From NCBI GenBank assembly GCA_051382335.1, contig JBBCAX010000010.1, positions 11,955 through 75,954 of the forward strand: a DNA stretch of 64,000 nt, in the 5' to 3' direction. How positions within the stretch are numbered: the first letter of the stretch is position 1; every line of letters begins with the position of its first letter. Below the pieces are notes generated by a model, which ran no database searches, was not told the DNA's origin, and saw nothing but the letters and a program-made list of their open reading frames with translations. Positions 52,478 to 62,557 of the stretch are shown piece by piece. A program made the translations under genes and the position numbers. This DNA comes from Deltaproteobacteria bacterium TL4 (GTDB lineage: Bacteria; SAR324; NAC60-12).

Positions 52478-53204
52478 CAGTGGTCTGGGCTAAATCTGGA
52501 GGTACAATAAACAGAATACGACTACAATGAGGACAGTTTCGGTAAGAATGGACCTGCATTTTCAATTCGTTGACCAATTGAGGCAGTAGCTCAATATGAC
52601 ATCCGCCACAAGCATTATCTTCAACCTGACAAATCGGATTAATGACTCCACGTTCAATACTCTGTTCATAAAATTTAAGAATGGGTTTATCGAGTTGTTT
52701 TAAAATCACTTTTCTTCTTCTCTCTATCTTTTCCAACTGCTTTTCGTTTGCATCTCTTTCTTTTATGAGGTCTTTGACCAAGGCTTCATACAGCTCGTTC
52801 TTACTTTGCAGAGAGTCTTGCAGCGTGATAAAGTTTTGACCGGTATCCTCTTTTTTAATTTCATGAGTTAAAACTTCGTCTTCTGTTTGACCTCTGCGCT
52901 TTCGAGCATCTTCGAGTTGTTTTTTACTTGCGGCAAATTCCTTTTGATTTCGAATGAGCGGAACTTGCGCTTCCATTTTTGAAATGAGCTGATCACACGC
53001 TTCAAGTTCTAATTTTGCATGATGGAGAAGTTTAGTCGACTCTTTATTCTCTTGATGGATGGCTTCCAATTTATGTTCAAGTTGATCCACCTCTTTTCGG
53101 GAGAATTTGATTTCTTGTTCTAAATCTTTTGATCTCCGTCGAATGGTAATCCGATCATGGTCAACCTTCGCTAACTCAACCAAAAACGCTGTAAACTGTG
53201 GCAT
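52464..53204 (-). CDS. coiled-coil zinc-ribbon protein (COG1579-like)
   Basis: 246 aa; long heptad-rich coiled coil; C-terminal CGGCH..(N)..CPHCSRIL CxxC-CxxC ribbon; overlaps the aminopeptidase gene start by 14 bp. Confidence 0.55.
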   Translation of the reverse strand: MPQFTAFLVELAKVDHDRITIRRRSKDLEQEIKFSRKEVDQLEHKLEAIHQENKESTKLLHHAKLELEACDQLISKMEAQVPLIRNQKEFAASKKQLEDARKRRGQTEDEVLTHEIKKEDTGQNFITLQDSLQSKNELYEALVKDLIKERDANEKQLEKIERRRKVILKQLDKPILKFYEQSIERGVINPICQVEDNACGGCHIELLPQLVNELKMQVHSYRNCPHCSRILFIVPPDLAQTTDAKN

Positions 53205-53226
53205 ATTTTATCCTCATTCAATTGAC

Positions 53227-53255
53227 AAAAAAAAACCTATCTTTCAGGGATAGGT
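53227..53255 (-). terminator. intrinsic terminator (minus strand)
   Basis: minus-strand transcript forms the stem ACCUAUC/GAUAGGU with a 7-nt loop followed by U9 (plus-strand aaaaaaaaacctatctttcagggataggt). Confidence 0.55.
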
Positions 53256-53464
53256 CTTTTAGAAAATATAGTAACTTCAAAATTTGGTTGAGCCATAAAG
53301 GAGGTAGCTCCGATGTGTAGTTCATTTCAGTCCGTTTTTTATAGAGTCGACATTTCATTATTCTATATGTACTCGAACCAGATTTGCAAGAAAGGAATTG
53401 AACTGTAAAGTTCAGTCATTCTACAACGCTAAGCTCAAATTTCAATACAAAGTTCAAAATGTTA

Positions 53465-54904
53465 TCAACCCTTCAATAGTTGGAGCCGCTTTTCAATCTG
53501 TTTTCCCAGATAAAGACTCCAACCCATTAAAGCAAAGAACAAGGTTTGAGTTTCTCCATCCAGCCAGTTATTTTCAAAAAATCCTGCAACCATAAATCCT
53601 GCGATTCCAGCCTGTATGCCCCATAGCAGCGTTGATTCCAAAGGACAATGCTGTTGAGCACGACGAATCCACTTGTAATTCCACCACAGCAGCGAACCAT
53701 AAAACCACAAAAATCCGATGATTCCGATGGTTCCCAAATAAACTCCAATTTGTAAATAAATATTATGGACCCCTGCACTGGAGGGATTTAAAAAGCCAGG
53801 AAAGCACTCCTCAGTGAAGATTCTAAGAATGACTCCCTGACATTGATCAATCACCAGGCTTCGATAATGAGGCATCACCTGTTCATTATTTTCCCAACCA
53901 ATTCCAAACCATGGGTGATCTTTGATAGCGAGCAAGGCTGTGTCCCATAAGGCGAAACGATCCCAGTTGAGGTGTAAGACAAAGATACTATCGAAACGGG
54001 TTTTTAATCCGGAATCCAAAGCAGACCCTGGATTTTTAAAAGAGGACCCTGGATTAAAATGGAAAACTAAAGCACTTCCTCCCAGGATGAGCACAATCAT
54101 CATTGCAAGCAGCCACTTTTTGGGAAGTCTCAACAACAAAATACCTACGCCAATGATACTGCCAATCCAGGCACTTCTTCCAAGGGTCAGGACTAACGCT
54201 ATGAGAATCATCAAGGCGCCAAGACTCATGGTGATTCGGAAGCGCAGTGAATAGAGTCGGGAAATGCCTACAGAGAGATAGAGCGGAAAAACGAGGAGTA
54301 AATAGTTGGCAAAAGTCAGGTGATGACTAAAATTGCCTTTGGCATGAAACCTTCCGGTATGAGTATCTTCCGGGATATAAGGTGTTATTTTTTTGTGGCC
54401 TTCAGCTCTGAACCAATCCACACCGTAATAATATTGGATCATGCCATAAACAGAGGCAATGGCTAAAATGCTGAGAAAAAGGATCAAAAGCTTTTTGTGA
54501 GAAACTCCTTCAAAACTTTTCCAAACAACAAAGGGGAGTAAAAATCTCCAAAAATCTCGTACCTGAGTCAGGTTATTGAGAGGATCTGAGCTGAGCAACG
54601 CAGAGATCACGGCGCCAATGAATAAAAAGAGTAAAGGTTTGAAGGCGGGGACATTAAAGTAAAGCAATTCGGGTTTGGCCATTGCTCTTGCAAAAAGCAG
54701 GAGCGACATCAATATCGAGGCCGCTCCCATACCCGCAATAGTAAACGCACTGGTGATAAAGAGGACGTAGACAAAAAATTGAGAAGCAGAGACTAGTTTT
54801 TCAGAGCGTAACAATGCAATCACAAAGCCTTGTCGAGTGAAAGATAAGGTTACTATAAAATTAAATATTTCTTTTCGCTTGTAATATATTTTTTGCGATT
54901 CCAT
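53465..54904 (-). CDS. O-antigen ligase-like polytopic membrane protein
   Basis: about 480 aa from MESQKIYY; more than 10 TM helices with a large periplasmic loop near the C-terminal third, typical of WaaL/Wzy_C; weak motif support. Confidence 0.5.
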   Translation of the reverse strand: MESQKIYYKRKEIFNFIVTLSFTRQGFVIALLRSEKLVSASQFFVYVLFITSAFTIAGMGAASILMSLLLFARAMAKPELLYFNVPAFKPLLFLFIGAVISALLSSDPLNNLTQVRDFWRFLLPFVVWKSFEGVSHKKLLILFLSILAIASVYGMIQYYYGVDWFRAEGHKKITPYIPEDTHTGRFHAKGNFSHHLTFANYLLLVFPLYLSVGISRLYSLRFRITMSLGALMILIALVLTLGRSAWIGSIIGVGILLLRLPKKWLLAMMIVLILGGSALVFHFNPGSSFKNPGSALDSGLKTRFDSIFVLHLNWDRFALWDTALLAIKDHPWFGIGWENNEQVMPHYRSLVIDQCQGVILRIFTEECFPGFLNPSSAGVHNIYLQIGVYLGTIGIIGFLWFYGSLLWWNYKWIRRAQQHCPLESTLLWGIQAGIAGFMVAGFFENNWLDGETQTLFFALMGWSLYLGKQIEKRLQLLKG

Positions 54905-55979
54905 CAAAGGTTTGCGTAAACTCTGTTTGTTCCTCTGTGACAAATCCGAGTTCTTGCAGAAAATGCATACTTTCACCGGAGTTTTGCTGAAAGGCGGAGA
55001 TCTGTTCTTGAACCTGTACATTATTTTTTTGTGTTCGATCAAAAACGGTAGATAATTTTTGAGCAATATGAGTGCTTCCCGCGGAGTCTTTCAGAATCTG
55101 AACTAAAAAATTACCCGTTTCCGAGATGGCTTCCTGAGTGGTTACAATATTGGTGTTGATTTGATGACTCAGATCCTTAATTTCGTTGGCAAAATCCCGA
55201 ATTCTTGTGGCAATCCGACGCATTTCTTCCGCAACCACCGCAAACCCTTTTCCTTGCTCACCCGCCTTTGAGGCTTCAATTGCGGCATTTAAAGCCAGGG
55301 TTGCGGTTTGGTTCACTAACTCTGTGATTTGTTTTGACGTTTTTTCAATTAAATCAGAATGCTTTCCCACAACGCTAAGATTGACCAAATCTTCAGCGTT
55401 TGCGGTCTTCGCTTTTTCCGCATTTTGTGCTATCCGCTTAATCTCCTGATTCAAACCGACTATGAAATCCACAATCTCCCGGTTGGATTCTACATTTTCC
55501 AGCATCCCTTGAGTAAACAAGTCCGCATAACTGTTGAGAGAGTTTAAGTTCTTTGTCGCAGAGCTGGTATATTCGGACAGTTCCTCGATGGACTTTCTTA
55601 ATCCGACATTGGTTTGTTGAAGGCTGGGATGGTATTGAATTACGGCTCTTCGCATTTTAGAGCAGGCCTCAAACATTTTATTGAGCAGGCCTCCTAATTC
55701 ACATAACTCATGATGGTAATGTACAGAAAGCCGTGCATTAAAATCCAGTTCTCCCGCACGTTTAGCACTTTCCATGAGGGCATTGAAGTAGCTAAAAAAA
55801 ATCAGATACAAATAGGAGACCATCCCCAAGCTAAAAACAACCAGCGTACTACAGAGAATCAGTAGCAGGAAACTAAGGTTTTCTCCCATTGGAAACAGGG
55901 TTTGCTCCCTGACACTGAACATGATAACCGCCGTTGTCAGGCTTAAAATGGTGAGCAGGAACATCGTCCTAATCTTCAT
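54861..55979 (-). CDS. methyl-accepting chemotaxis protein (short, two N-terminal TM helices)
   Basis: 372 aa; highly conserved signalling core LALNAAIEASKAGEQGKGFAVVAEEMRRIA. Confidence 0.8.
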   Translation of the reverse strand: MKIRTMFLLTILSLTTAVIMFSVREQTLFPMGENLSFLLLILCSTLVVFSLGMVSYLYLIFFSYFNALMESAKRAGELDFNARLSVHYHHELCELGGLLNKMFEACSKMRRAVIQYHPSLQQTNVGLRKSIEELSEYTSSATKNLNSLNSYADLFTQGMLENVESNREIVDFIVGLNQEIKRIAQNAEKAKTANAEDLVNLSVVGKHSDLIEKTSKQITELVNQTATLALNAAIEASKAGEQGKGFAVVAEEMRRIATRIRDFANEIKDLSHQINTNIVTTQEAISETGNFLVQILKDSAGSTHIAQKLSTVFDRTQKNNVQVQEQISAFQQNSGESMHFLQELGFVTEEQTEFTQTFDGIAKNILQAKRNI

Positions 55980-56076
55980 AGATCCTCTTTTACATAAAGG
56001 TTTTAATCACAGACTTGTTTCAATCAAGTCTTCTTATTGGATTTGTAACGCTCTCAAGCTCATAGGACAAGATGAT

Positions 56077-59000
56077 TTAACAATGTTGCGTTAAAAAATT
56101 TTCCAAACGTTTTGCGGAAATTGGGCCAGCGGTCTTTAATTCCGGGGCAAAGAGCGAGAGTCTAAACTCTTCAAGCATCCAGCGGAAGGTGTTTAAATGC
56201 TGTCGTCCTTCCAGGGTCAATTGTTGTTGTTTTAATTTTTGATAGCGTTCCAGCCATAGTTTCAGTTGTTGAAATTTTTCCAGATCTTTTTCAGGGTTAA
56301 AAACCAGGCGTTCGACACGAATTTCAATCGCTTTCAAATAACGCATCACCTGCCGCCATTGGTCATAAGGAATAATTTGAACAAAATCATGTGGCAGTAA
56401 ATGTTCCAAATGCTCATAAAATTCTTGTGTCTGAGGAGACTGAGGAAGCCATCTCAGTTGCTGATTCAACATCAGATAAGTCTGTTGATATTGTTTTAAT
56501 AATTTTTCCAACGCACTTTTATACGCAGGCCAAAGTCCCTTGAGCTTTAAGGACGCTTTTTCCAAGCGTTTTTGATAGGCTTTTTGTGTTTCAATCCAAG
56601 GACCATCAAAAAGGGTAGCGTATAAGTTGTTTCTACTGTGTTCTTTTAATTGCGCTATTTTACCAAAGGGGAAATAGAGTGCCTCCAACTCACGTAACTC
56701 ATTGAAATGATGTTCTAACCATGCAAGTTCCTCTCCCAAAGTCAGCGAAAACAAATAATATAAGGCGGGCCGGGTTTGGAGGCGTGCCTCTTCTTGTGAA
56801 TTGAAGAGGCAGCGATGAAGACCTTGATCATTCTTTAAGAGTCCTGGATACGCATAGAGAGGGATTCCATTAAATACTCCAATTTCAATTTGTTGAGGCA
56901 GTTTATCAAAACTCCAGGTTTGTAACTGATGCAGTTCCCACTGTTCACAGGCGTCTTTCCATTCTTTTAATTCTTTGAGTTGGGCCGAGTGGCTCTCTGG
57001 ATGTTTTTGCTGATGATCATTGATCAAATGTTCTGCGGCTCGTCCTGACGCAATTACTTGTCCTTGAGCATCCTTGATTTCAATCCGCATTCTCAAATAG
57101 TCTGGCAGGCTTTCATCGTTCAAAGCTTCAGGGGGCAGAACCATTCCATATTTTCGCTGAATTCGATGTGTGATTTCTGCGGCAAAGCTTGTGGGTACGG
57201 GTTTCAGCTCGTTTACCAGCAGACTTGCGGTCTGAGGCAGAGGGACGAATTGTTTACGTAGCGCTTTGGGAAGGGTTTTGAGTAGGGCTACGATCTTCTC
57301 TTCCCACTGTCCCGGGACTAACCAGTCGAAGGCATAAGGTTGGATGAAAGGGAGCATGTTTTCACTGATTTCGAGGGTCACTCCATCCTGATCCGATTGA
57401 GGCGCATACTGATAGTGGAGCTTCAGTTTTTCTTCTCCAATTTGCCAATGACTTGGAAATTCTGCTTCAAGAGGGGATTCCATTTCAACCGACAGATCGG
57501 CTTCCTTCATCCATAAAAATCGCTCCTCTTTTTCAGCAGCTTTTTGTTTAAGAATTCGATTGAGATCGTGGATTGAAAAAACATTGTGCAGATGTTTTTG
57601 ATAAAAGGCTTCCTGGGCTAACTCAATTTCATAATCATACGTTCGACGCAGTTTCGCCCCGTTTTCCTGAAATTGGTGTTTTAATTCCTGATTGTGTTTT
57701 AGAAAGGCATGATGTGTCTTCAATTGCCCCTCAATCAATCCTTCCCGAATAAAAATGGAAGTCGCTTCAGCGGGGTTGACCTTTCCGTAGGCTGTTTTGC
57801 GTCGAGGAACCAGGGTTAAGCCAAAAAGCGTCACTTTTTCATAGGCAATCACCTTTTGGGACTCCTCATCAAAGTGAGCCTCTGAATAAGAACGCTTACA
57901 AAGAGTTCCCGCAATATGTTCCAACCAATCCACTTCAATATTCGCGACCATACGAGCGTAGAGAAAAGAGGTTTCAACCAATTCCGCGGCGACAATCCAG
58001 CGTTTTCCGTTTTTTAATACTCCGGATCCTGGAAAGATCCTGGCTTCCCGCCTTTGAGCACAACGGTAGATGCCCTTTTCTTCAGACATCGCAATATAAC
58101 CCAAATACCCTGTAAGAATTGATTTATGAATGGCCGCGTAATCTGCGGGGTTTTGATTCAATTTGAGATTTTTAGATTCCTTAATGATTCCGAACAGTTG
58201 GTGATAAATATCACGCCATTCCCTCATCCGGGAAAATGACAGGAAGTGGGTTTGACAAAACTTCCGCATTTGACTGCTACTTTGGAGCTGTTCCCATTGC
58301 TCATGATAGGCCTTCCAGATATTCAATAAAGTAATGAAATCAGAGGAAGGATCAATAAAAAGCCGATGCATTTGAAGGGCTTTCCCTTTTTGCTCCTCAG
58401 GATATTCTCGTGGATCCCGAATCGATAGTCCCGCGGCAATCACCAAAACTTCATGCAGAGCCTTCTCATGATGTGCCTGTAATAAGATGCAGGCAATTCG
58501 AGGCTCAACAGGAAGTCGTGCCATCTCCTGACCCAACGGTGTGATCTGGTTCTGGTCATTGACAGCCTTAAGCTCCCGCAATAATTGAAAACCTTGTCGT
58601 ATGGTTGTGGCAGAGGGAGGATCAATAAAGGGAAAATCTGATATTTCCCCCAATTTCAAGGCTAGCATTTGGAGTATGACCCCTGCTAAATTGGATCGTT
58701 TGATTTCGGGTTCTGTATATAACAGTTGATTGGATAGCAGTTCTTCCGAATAAAGGCGAAGACACTTTCCTGCTTCAACGCGACCGGCTCGTCCGCTACG
58801 TTGGCGGGCACTGCTTTGAGAAATGTACTCCACAGGGAGTCTTTGTATTTGGGAGTGATAATTATAGCGACTGATTCTGGCAAAACCACTATCCACCACA
58901 TAGCGAATTCCTGGTATGGTGAGGGAGGTTTCCGCAATATTGGTGGCAACAATGACTTTCCGTGGACTATTTTCCTGAAAAATACGGTTTTGCTCTTTTT

Positions 59001-59991
59001 GAGTTAAGCGGCTAAAGAGCGGTAGGAACTCAACCGCTTGTTTTGACGATCTTAAGCCTTTAAGGACTTCCCGTATCTCACGTTCTCCTGGCAAAAACAC
59101 CAGGATATCGCCTTCCCACGTGTGACTTAGCAGCGAATTAACGGTTTGTATGACAGCCTCCTCAACGCTCAACTCCTCTTTTCCTTCATTTAATTCATCA
59201 ATGGGGAGATACTCAATGTCGACAGGATACATTCTTCCTGAAACTTCAAGGATGGGGGCGTCGTTGAAAAATTTGGAAAAACGTTCAATGTCGATGCTGG
59301 CAGACGTGATGATTAATTTCAGTTCAGGGCGTTTGGGCAGTAAATTTTTCAGATACCCCAGCAAAAAATCAATGTTCAACGAGCGTTCATGGGCTTCATC
59401 AATGATGAGGGTATCATAAGCCTTCAAAAAAGGATCGGATTGCGTTTCTGCCAATAAAATCCCATCGGTCATCAATTGTATCAGGGTCAGAGGAGAATGT
59501 GCTTCCGCAAAACGAATTTTGTACCCCACGAGCTGTCCCACTTCGGATTGAAGTTCTTTGGCCAGTTGATTGGTGATTGATGTGGCGGCAATTCGTCGAG
59601 GTTGGGTCACCCCTATTTTTCCTTGAATTCCCTGACCTGCTTCCAAGCACATTTTGGGAATTTGCGTTGTTTTTCCTGAACCGGTTTCTCCCGCAATGAT
59701 CACCACTTGATGCTTCTGAAGCGTTTCAATGATCTCTTTCTGATGTTTTGAAATAGGTAAAAGTTCAGGGTAGGCAAGGGCAGGCTTAAGACTTGCTCGT
59801 TGTGTCTTAAGCCTGGAAGACGCTTCGGCCCGTTCCAGAAGTCGTAAGTAATCCTGTTCAACGGGTTTCGGGGTTTGGGCTTGTTTTTGGAGTTTTTTGA
59901 AGCGCGACCTCAATTGCCACTGGTCTCGTAGCATTGAATGCTCAATAAGTTGATCCAGCGCGTCCCAGTCAGTTGAGTCAAGAGTCATCAT
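56077..59991 (-). CDS. hrpA: ATP-dependent RNA helicase HrpA
   Basis: 1304 aa; DEAH helicase motifs GETGSGKTTQ, DEAHERS, SAT, QRSGRAGR, followed by HA2/OB and long C-terminal extension. Confidence 0.9.
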   Translation of the reverse strand: MMTLDSTDWDALDQLIEHSMLRDQWQLRSRFKKLQKQAQTPKPVEQDYLRLLERAEASSRLKTQRASLKPALAYPELLPISKHQKEIIETLQKHQVVIIAGETGSGKTTQIPKMCLEAGQGIQGKIGVTQPRRIAATSITNQLAKELQSEVGQLVGYKIRFAEAHSPLTLIQLMTDGILLAETQSDPFLKAYDTLIIDEAHERSLNIDFLLGYLKNLLPKRPELKLIITSASIDIERFSKFFNDAPILEVSGRMYPVDIEYLPIDELNEGKEELSVEEAVIQTVNSLLSHTWEGDILVFLPGEREIREVLKGLRSSKQAVEFLPLFSRLTQKEQNRIFQENSPRKVIVATNIAETSLTIPGIRYVVDSGFARISRYNYHSQIQRLPVEYISQSSARQRSGRAGRVEAGKCLRLYSEELLSNQLLYTEPEIKRSNLAGVILQMLALKLGEISDFPFIDPPSATTIRQGFQLLRELKAVNDQNQITPLGQEMARLPVEPRIACILLQAHHEKALHEVLVIAAGLSIRDPREYPEEQKGKALQMHRLFIDPSSDFITLLNIWKAYHEQWEQLQSSSQMRKFCQTHFLSFSRMREWRDIYHQLFGIIKESKNLKLNQNPADYAAIHKSILTGYLGYIAMSEEKGIYRCAQRREARIFPGSGVLKNGKRWIVAAELVETSFLYARMVANIEVDWLEHIAGTLCKRSYSEAHFDEESQKVIAYEKVTLFGLTLVPRRKTAYGKVNPAEATSIFIREGLIEGQLKTHHAFLKHNQELKHQFQENGAKLRRTYDYEIELAQEAFYQKHLHNVFSIHDLNRILKQKAAEKEERFLWMKEADLSVEMESPLEAEFPSHWQIGEEKLKLHYQYAPQSDQDGVTLEISENMLPFIQPYAFDWLVPGQWEEKIVALLKTLPKALRKQFVPLPQTASLLVNELKPVPTSFAAEITHRIQRKYGMVLPPEALNDESLPDYLRMRIEIKDAQGQVIASGRAAEHLINDHQQKHPESHSAQLKELKEWKDACEQWELHQLQTWSFDKLPQQIEIGVFNGIPLYAYPGLLKNDQGLHRCLFNSQEEARLQTRPALYYLFSLTLGEELAWLEHHFNELRELEALYFPFGKIAQLKEHSRNNLYATLFDGPWIETQKAYQKRLEKASLKLKGLWPAYKSALEKLLKQYQQTYLMLNQQLRWLPQSPQTQEFYEHLEHLLPHDFVQIIPYDQWRQVMRYLKAIEIRVERLVFNPEKDLEKFQQLKLWLERYQKLKQQQLTLEGRQHLNTFRWMLEEFRLSLFAPELKTAGPISAKRLENFLTQHC

Positions 59992-60015
59992 CAGCAGTTC
60001 TCCAAGGTCTTGCCC

Positions 60016-60546
60016 TCAATCTCCTTCAAACTCGATCATGGTATAAACCGGGTAATTCTTCAATTTTTCCCGCCCTTTTAAAGCAGGAAGTTCCACAATA
60101 CACGCACACTCAACCACTTCAGCACCGATTTCTTCCATCAATTTACAGGCTGCGGCCAAGGTGCCTCCGGTTGCCAAAAGGTCATCAATCAATAAGACCC
60201 GACTTCCTGAAGACACAGCGTCTTTATGAACATGCAGCGTATCCGTGCCATACTCCAAAGCATAACTGACATGAACGGTTGCTCCCGGTAGTTTTCCGGG
60301 TTTGCGCACAGGCACAAAGCCAATCCCCAGTTTGATGGCTAACGGCGCGCCGACGATGAATCCACGGGCTTCGATTCCAACAATTTTATCAATGTTTTGA
60401 CCTTCATAGCGCTTTACTAAAATCTCAATAGTATCGTGAAATCCTGGGCCGTCGCTCAATAGCGTTGTGATATCCCTAAATTGTATGCCTGGTTTTGGAA
60501 AATCTGGAATGGTTCGTATCAATTGTTTTAAATGTTGATGAGCCAT
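60016..60546 (-). CDS. apt: adenine phosphoribosyltransferase
   Basis: 176 aa; PRPP motif VLLIDDLLATGGT; typical Apt length. Confidence 0.9.
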   Translation of the reverse strand: MAHQHLKQLIRTIPDFPKPGIQFRDITTLLSDGPGFHDTIEILVKRYEGQNIDKIVGIEARGFIVGAPLAIKLGIGFVPVRKPGKLPGATVHVSYALEYGTDTLHVHKDAVSSGSRVLLIDDLLATGGTLAAACKLMEEIGAEVVECACIVELPALKGREKLKNYPVYTMIEFEGD

Positions 60547-60555
60547 AATTTCCTT

Positions 60556-61611
60556 TTATGATTGGAGTTGTGAAAGTGAGTCCGGAGCAAAAATCCCCCT
60601 TTCTGTGATGATGCCCGTAATATACTCAGCAGGGGTTACATCAAAAGCGGGGTTTTTTGCGGTACTCGTTGCGGGAGCGGTACGGACCCGGACAAATTGA
60701 TCCGCGTCATTGACTCCCCAAGTGTATAAAACTTCATCAGGAGAACGTTCCTCAATAGGAATGTCTTTACCACTGGCACACTGGAAATCAATGGTTGAAA
60801 GAGGAGCCGCTACATAGAACGGAACATTACAGGCTTTGGCAACCACCGCTTTTTCATAGGTTCCGATCTTATTGGCAACATCACCATTTGCGGCGATACG
60901 ATCCGCCCCAACAAGGGCCAGTTGTATCTGTTTTTTTGAAAGATAGTAGCCTGCGGCATTATCGGCAATGATCGTATGCTTGATTCCTTCCTGACCAAGC
61001 TCCCAGGCGGTTAGCCGTGAACCTTGACCCCGTGGACGAGTTTCATCCACAAAAACAAAATTTTTCTTTCCTTCCTGGGCTGCCCAATAAATCGGAGCGA
61101 TGGCGGTACCCCAGTCCACACAGGCAAGCCATCCCGCATTACAATGGGTTAAAATGGAGTCTCCATCCTTAATCAGAGCGCTCCCTGTTTTACCAATGGC
61201 TTCTGACGCCTTAACCTCACTGTCCGCCATCGCCTGTGCCTCTGAAATGGCGTTTTTGCAAGCCTCGCTCCAGGAAGAGGAGGCTTGAATGCTTTGCAGG
61301 ACTCGCTCAATTCCTACAAAAAGATTTTTAGCGGTAGGACGGGTGGCTCTCAGACGCGCCGCTGCCGTTTGAGCATATTCCTGAAAATTCGATGCATTCG
61401 CTTCCAAAATCGCCAGTGTCATCCCGAACGCACCTGCGGCACCAATCGCCGGGGCTCCCCGAACCCACATTTCTTCAATGGCTTGAGCCGCTTCCTGATG
61501 CGTTTTGATGGACCGAATTTCGAATTGATGAGGGAGAATGGGTTGATAAATCAGTTTTAACGTGTTTTCTTCAAACCAGATAGTTCGATAAGATTCACCA
61601 TTAACAATCAT
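60556..61611 (-). CDS. mtnA: S-methyl-5-thioribose-1-phosphate isomerase (eIF-2B alpha/beta/delta family)
   Basis: family signature GADRIAANGDVANKIGTY; start placed at MIVNGESY (about 352 aa). Confidence 0.75.
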   Translation of the reverse strand: MIVNGESYRTIWFEENTLKLIYQPILPHQFEIRSIKTHQEAAQAIEEMWVRGAPAIGAAGAFGMTLAILEANASNFQEYAQTAAARLRATRPTAKNLFVGIERVLQSIQASSSWSEACKNAISEAQAMADSEVKASEAIGKTGSALIKDGDSILTHCNAGWLACVDWGTAIAPIYWAAQEGKKNFVFVDETRPRGQGSRLTAWELGQEGIKHTIIADNAAGYYLSKKQIQLALVGADRIAANGDVANKIGTYEKAVVAKACNVPFYVAAPLSTIDFQCASGKDIPIEERSPDEVLYTWGVNDADQFVRVRTAPATSTAKNPAFDVTPAEYITGIITERGIFAPDSLSQLQS

Positions 61612-61869
61612 GAAACACCTATTTGAGAAGTCATTAAACATTGAAAATTGTATCAAAAACAATCTACTTCCTATGCGTACTTGCGTCAAAAGTAAAAATA
61701 AATCTGAAAAAAAAAGATTTTTAGGCCTAATATACTATTTTAGTCATTTGGTCTCCTGTGGGATAAGGTTAATGGTTGCGTTCTACAATTTTATTCCCAT
61801 AGAAGTTCAAAAACAACCAGAAAAATATTTTTCGCCTATTTCTCTAACGCATTAAAATCAAAATCTTTT

Positions 61870-62051
61870 TTTAAATTTAAATGGGGTTGGTTATATTTTC
61901 GGCCACAATTTGTAGGGGCGAACCTGTGTGTTCGCCCTGATCTTGGGCAGACACACTGCCCCTACGGGATAAAACACAAATCAGGTGGAACATCAAAGAT
62001 CAAATTTTTGACACATGGCCAAAAATGTGACCAACCCCATTTAAATCTAAA
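61870..62051. mobile_element. MITE-like non-coding element with 22-bp terminal inverted repeats
   Basis: tttaaatttaaatggggttggt (61870-61891) matches reverse complement of 62030-62051 at 21/22, with a further roughly 16 bp of imperfect IR; two internal hairpins (ggcgaac/gttcgcc and gggcag/ctgccc) with complementary CUGUGU/ACACAC loops; no ORF. Confidence 0.4.
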
Positions 62052-62112
62052 CTCTGAATTGCTGAACCCTCTTGTTTTATAGCTTGGAGGTTGTTTAAAA
62101 CTTCTGTCATTG

Positions 62113-62187
62113 TCATTCTGAGCCATAGACGAAGAATCTTTTTCGGTGGAAAAGCTAGAGTCTTCGTTGTTTTTCTCCTCAGAATGA
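62113..62187. repeat. 75-bp imperfect hairpin
   Basis: tcattctgag..gacgaagaatc / gagtcttcgt..ctcagaatga. Confidence 0.3.
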
Positions 62188-62557
62188 TATATGATCCCTC
62201 AAAAAGATCGGAGCTACACTTGTTCTGGTCAAGCCTTCAGAGCTTTGTGCTTATTCCGAACTCACGTTAAGATAAATCATTTACATTGTTCTCAAGAAGC
62301 AAGAACCTTATCGAGATCCTCAAATTGATTATGAGGCTCTTGTTGTTGAACGAAACTCTGTGAGATGGTTTAAGGCTTTAGACAAATACGGATATTTGCC
62401 AAAGAACACTCAGCATAGTTGATTTGTTCAGTTTCAACTCATCTTCAGGGCGACAATAAGCATGGGGGTACAGAGGTTTAGTGTATCTTCATGACACCAC
62501 ATTTTCATGGTAACATCAGTTACTATTTGATTTTGCCTTTTCCCTTTTAGGAGTAAC

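Noticed and set aside
61612-61860. Looked for an S-box/SAM riboswitch in the mtnA leader
   Set aside because: No conserved SAM-I core elements could be recognised on the minus strand; the structured elements further upstream look like TIR-bounded repeats instead.
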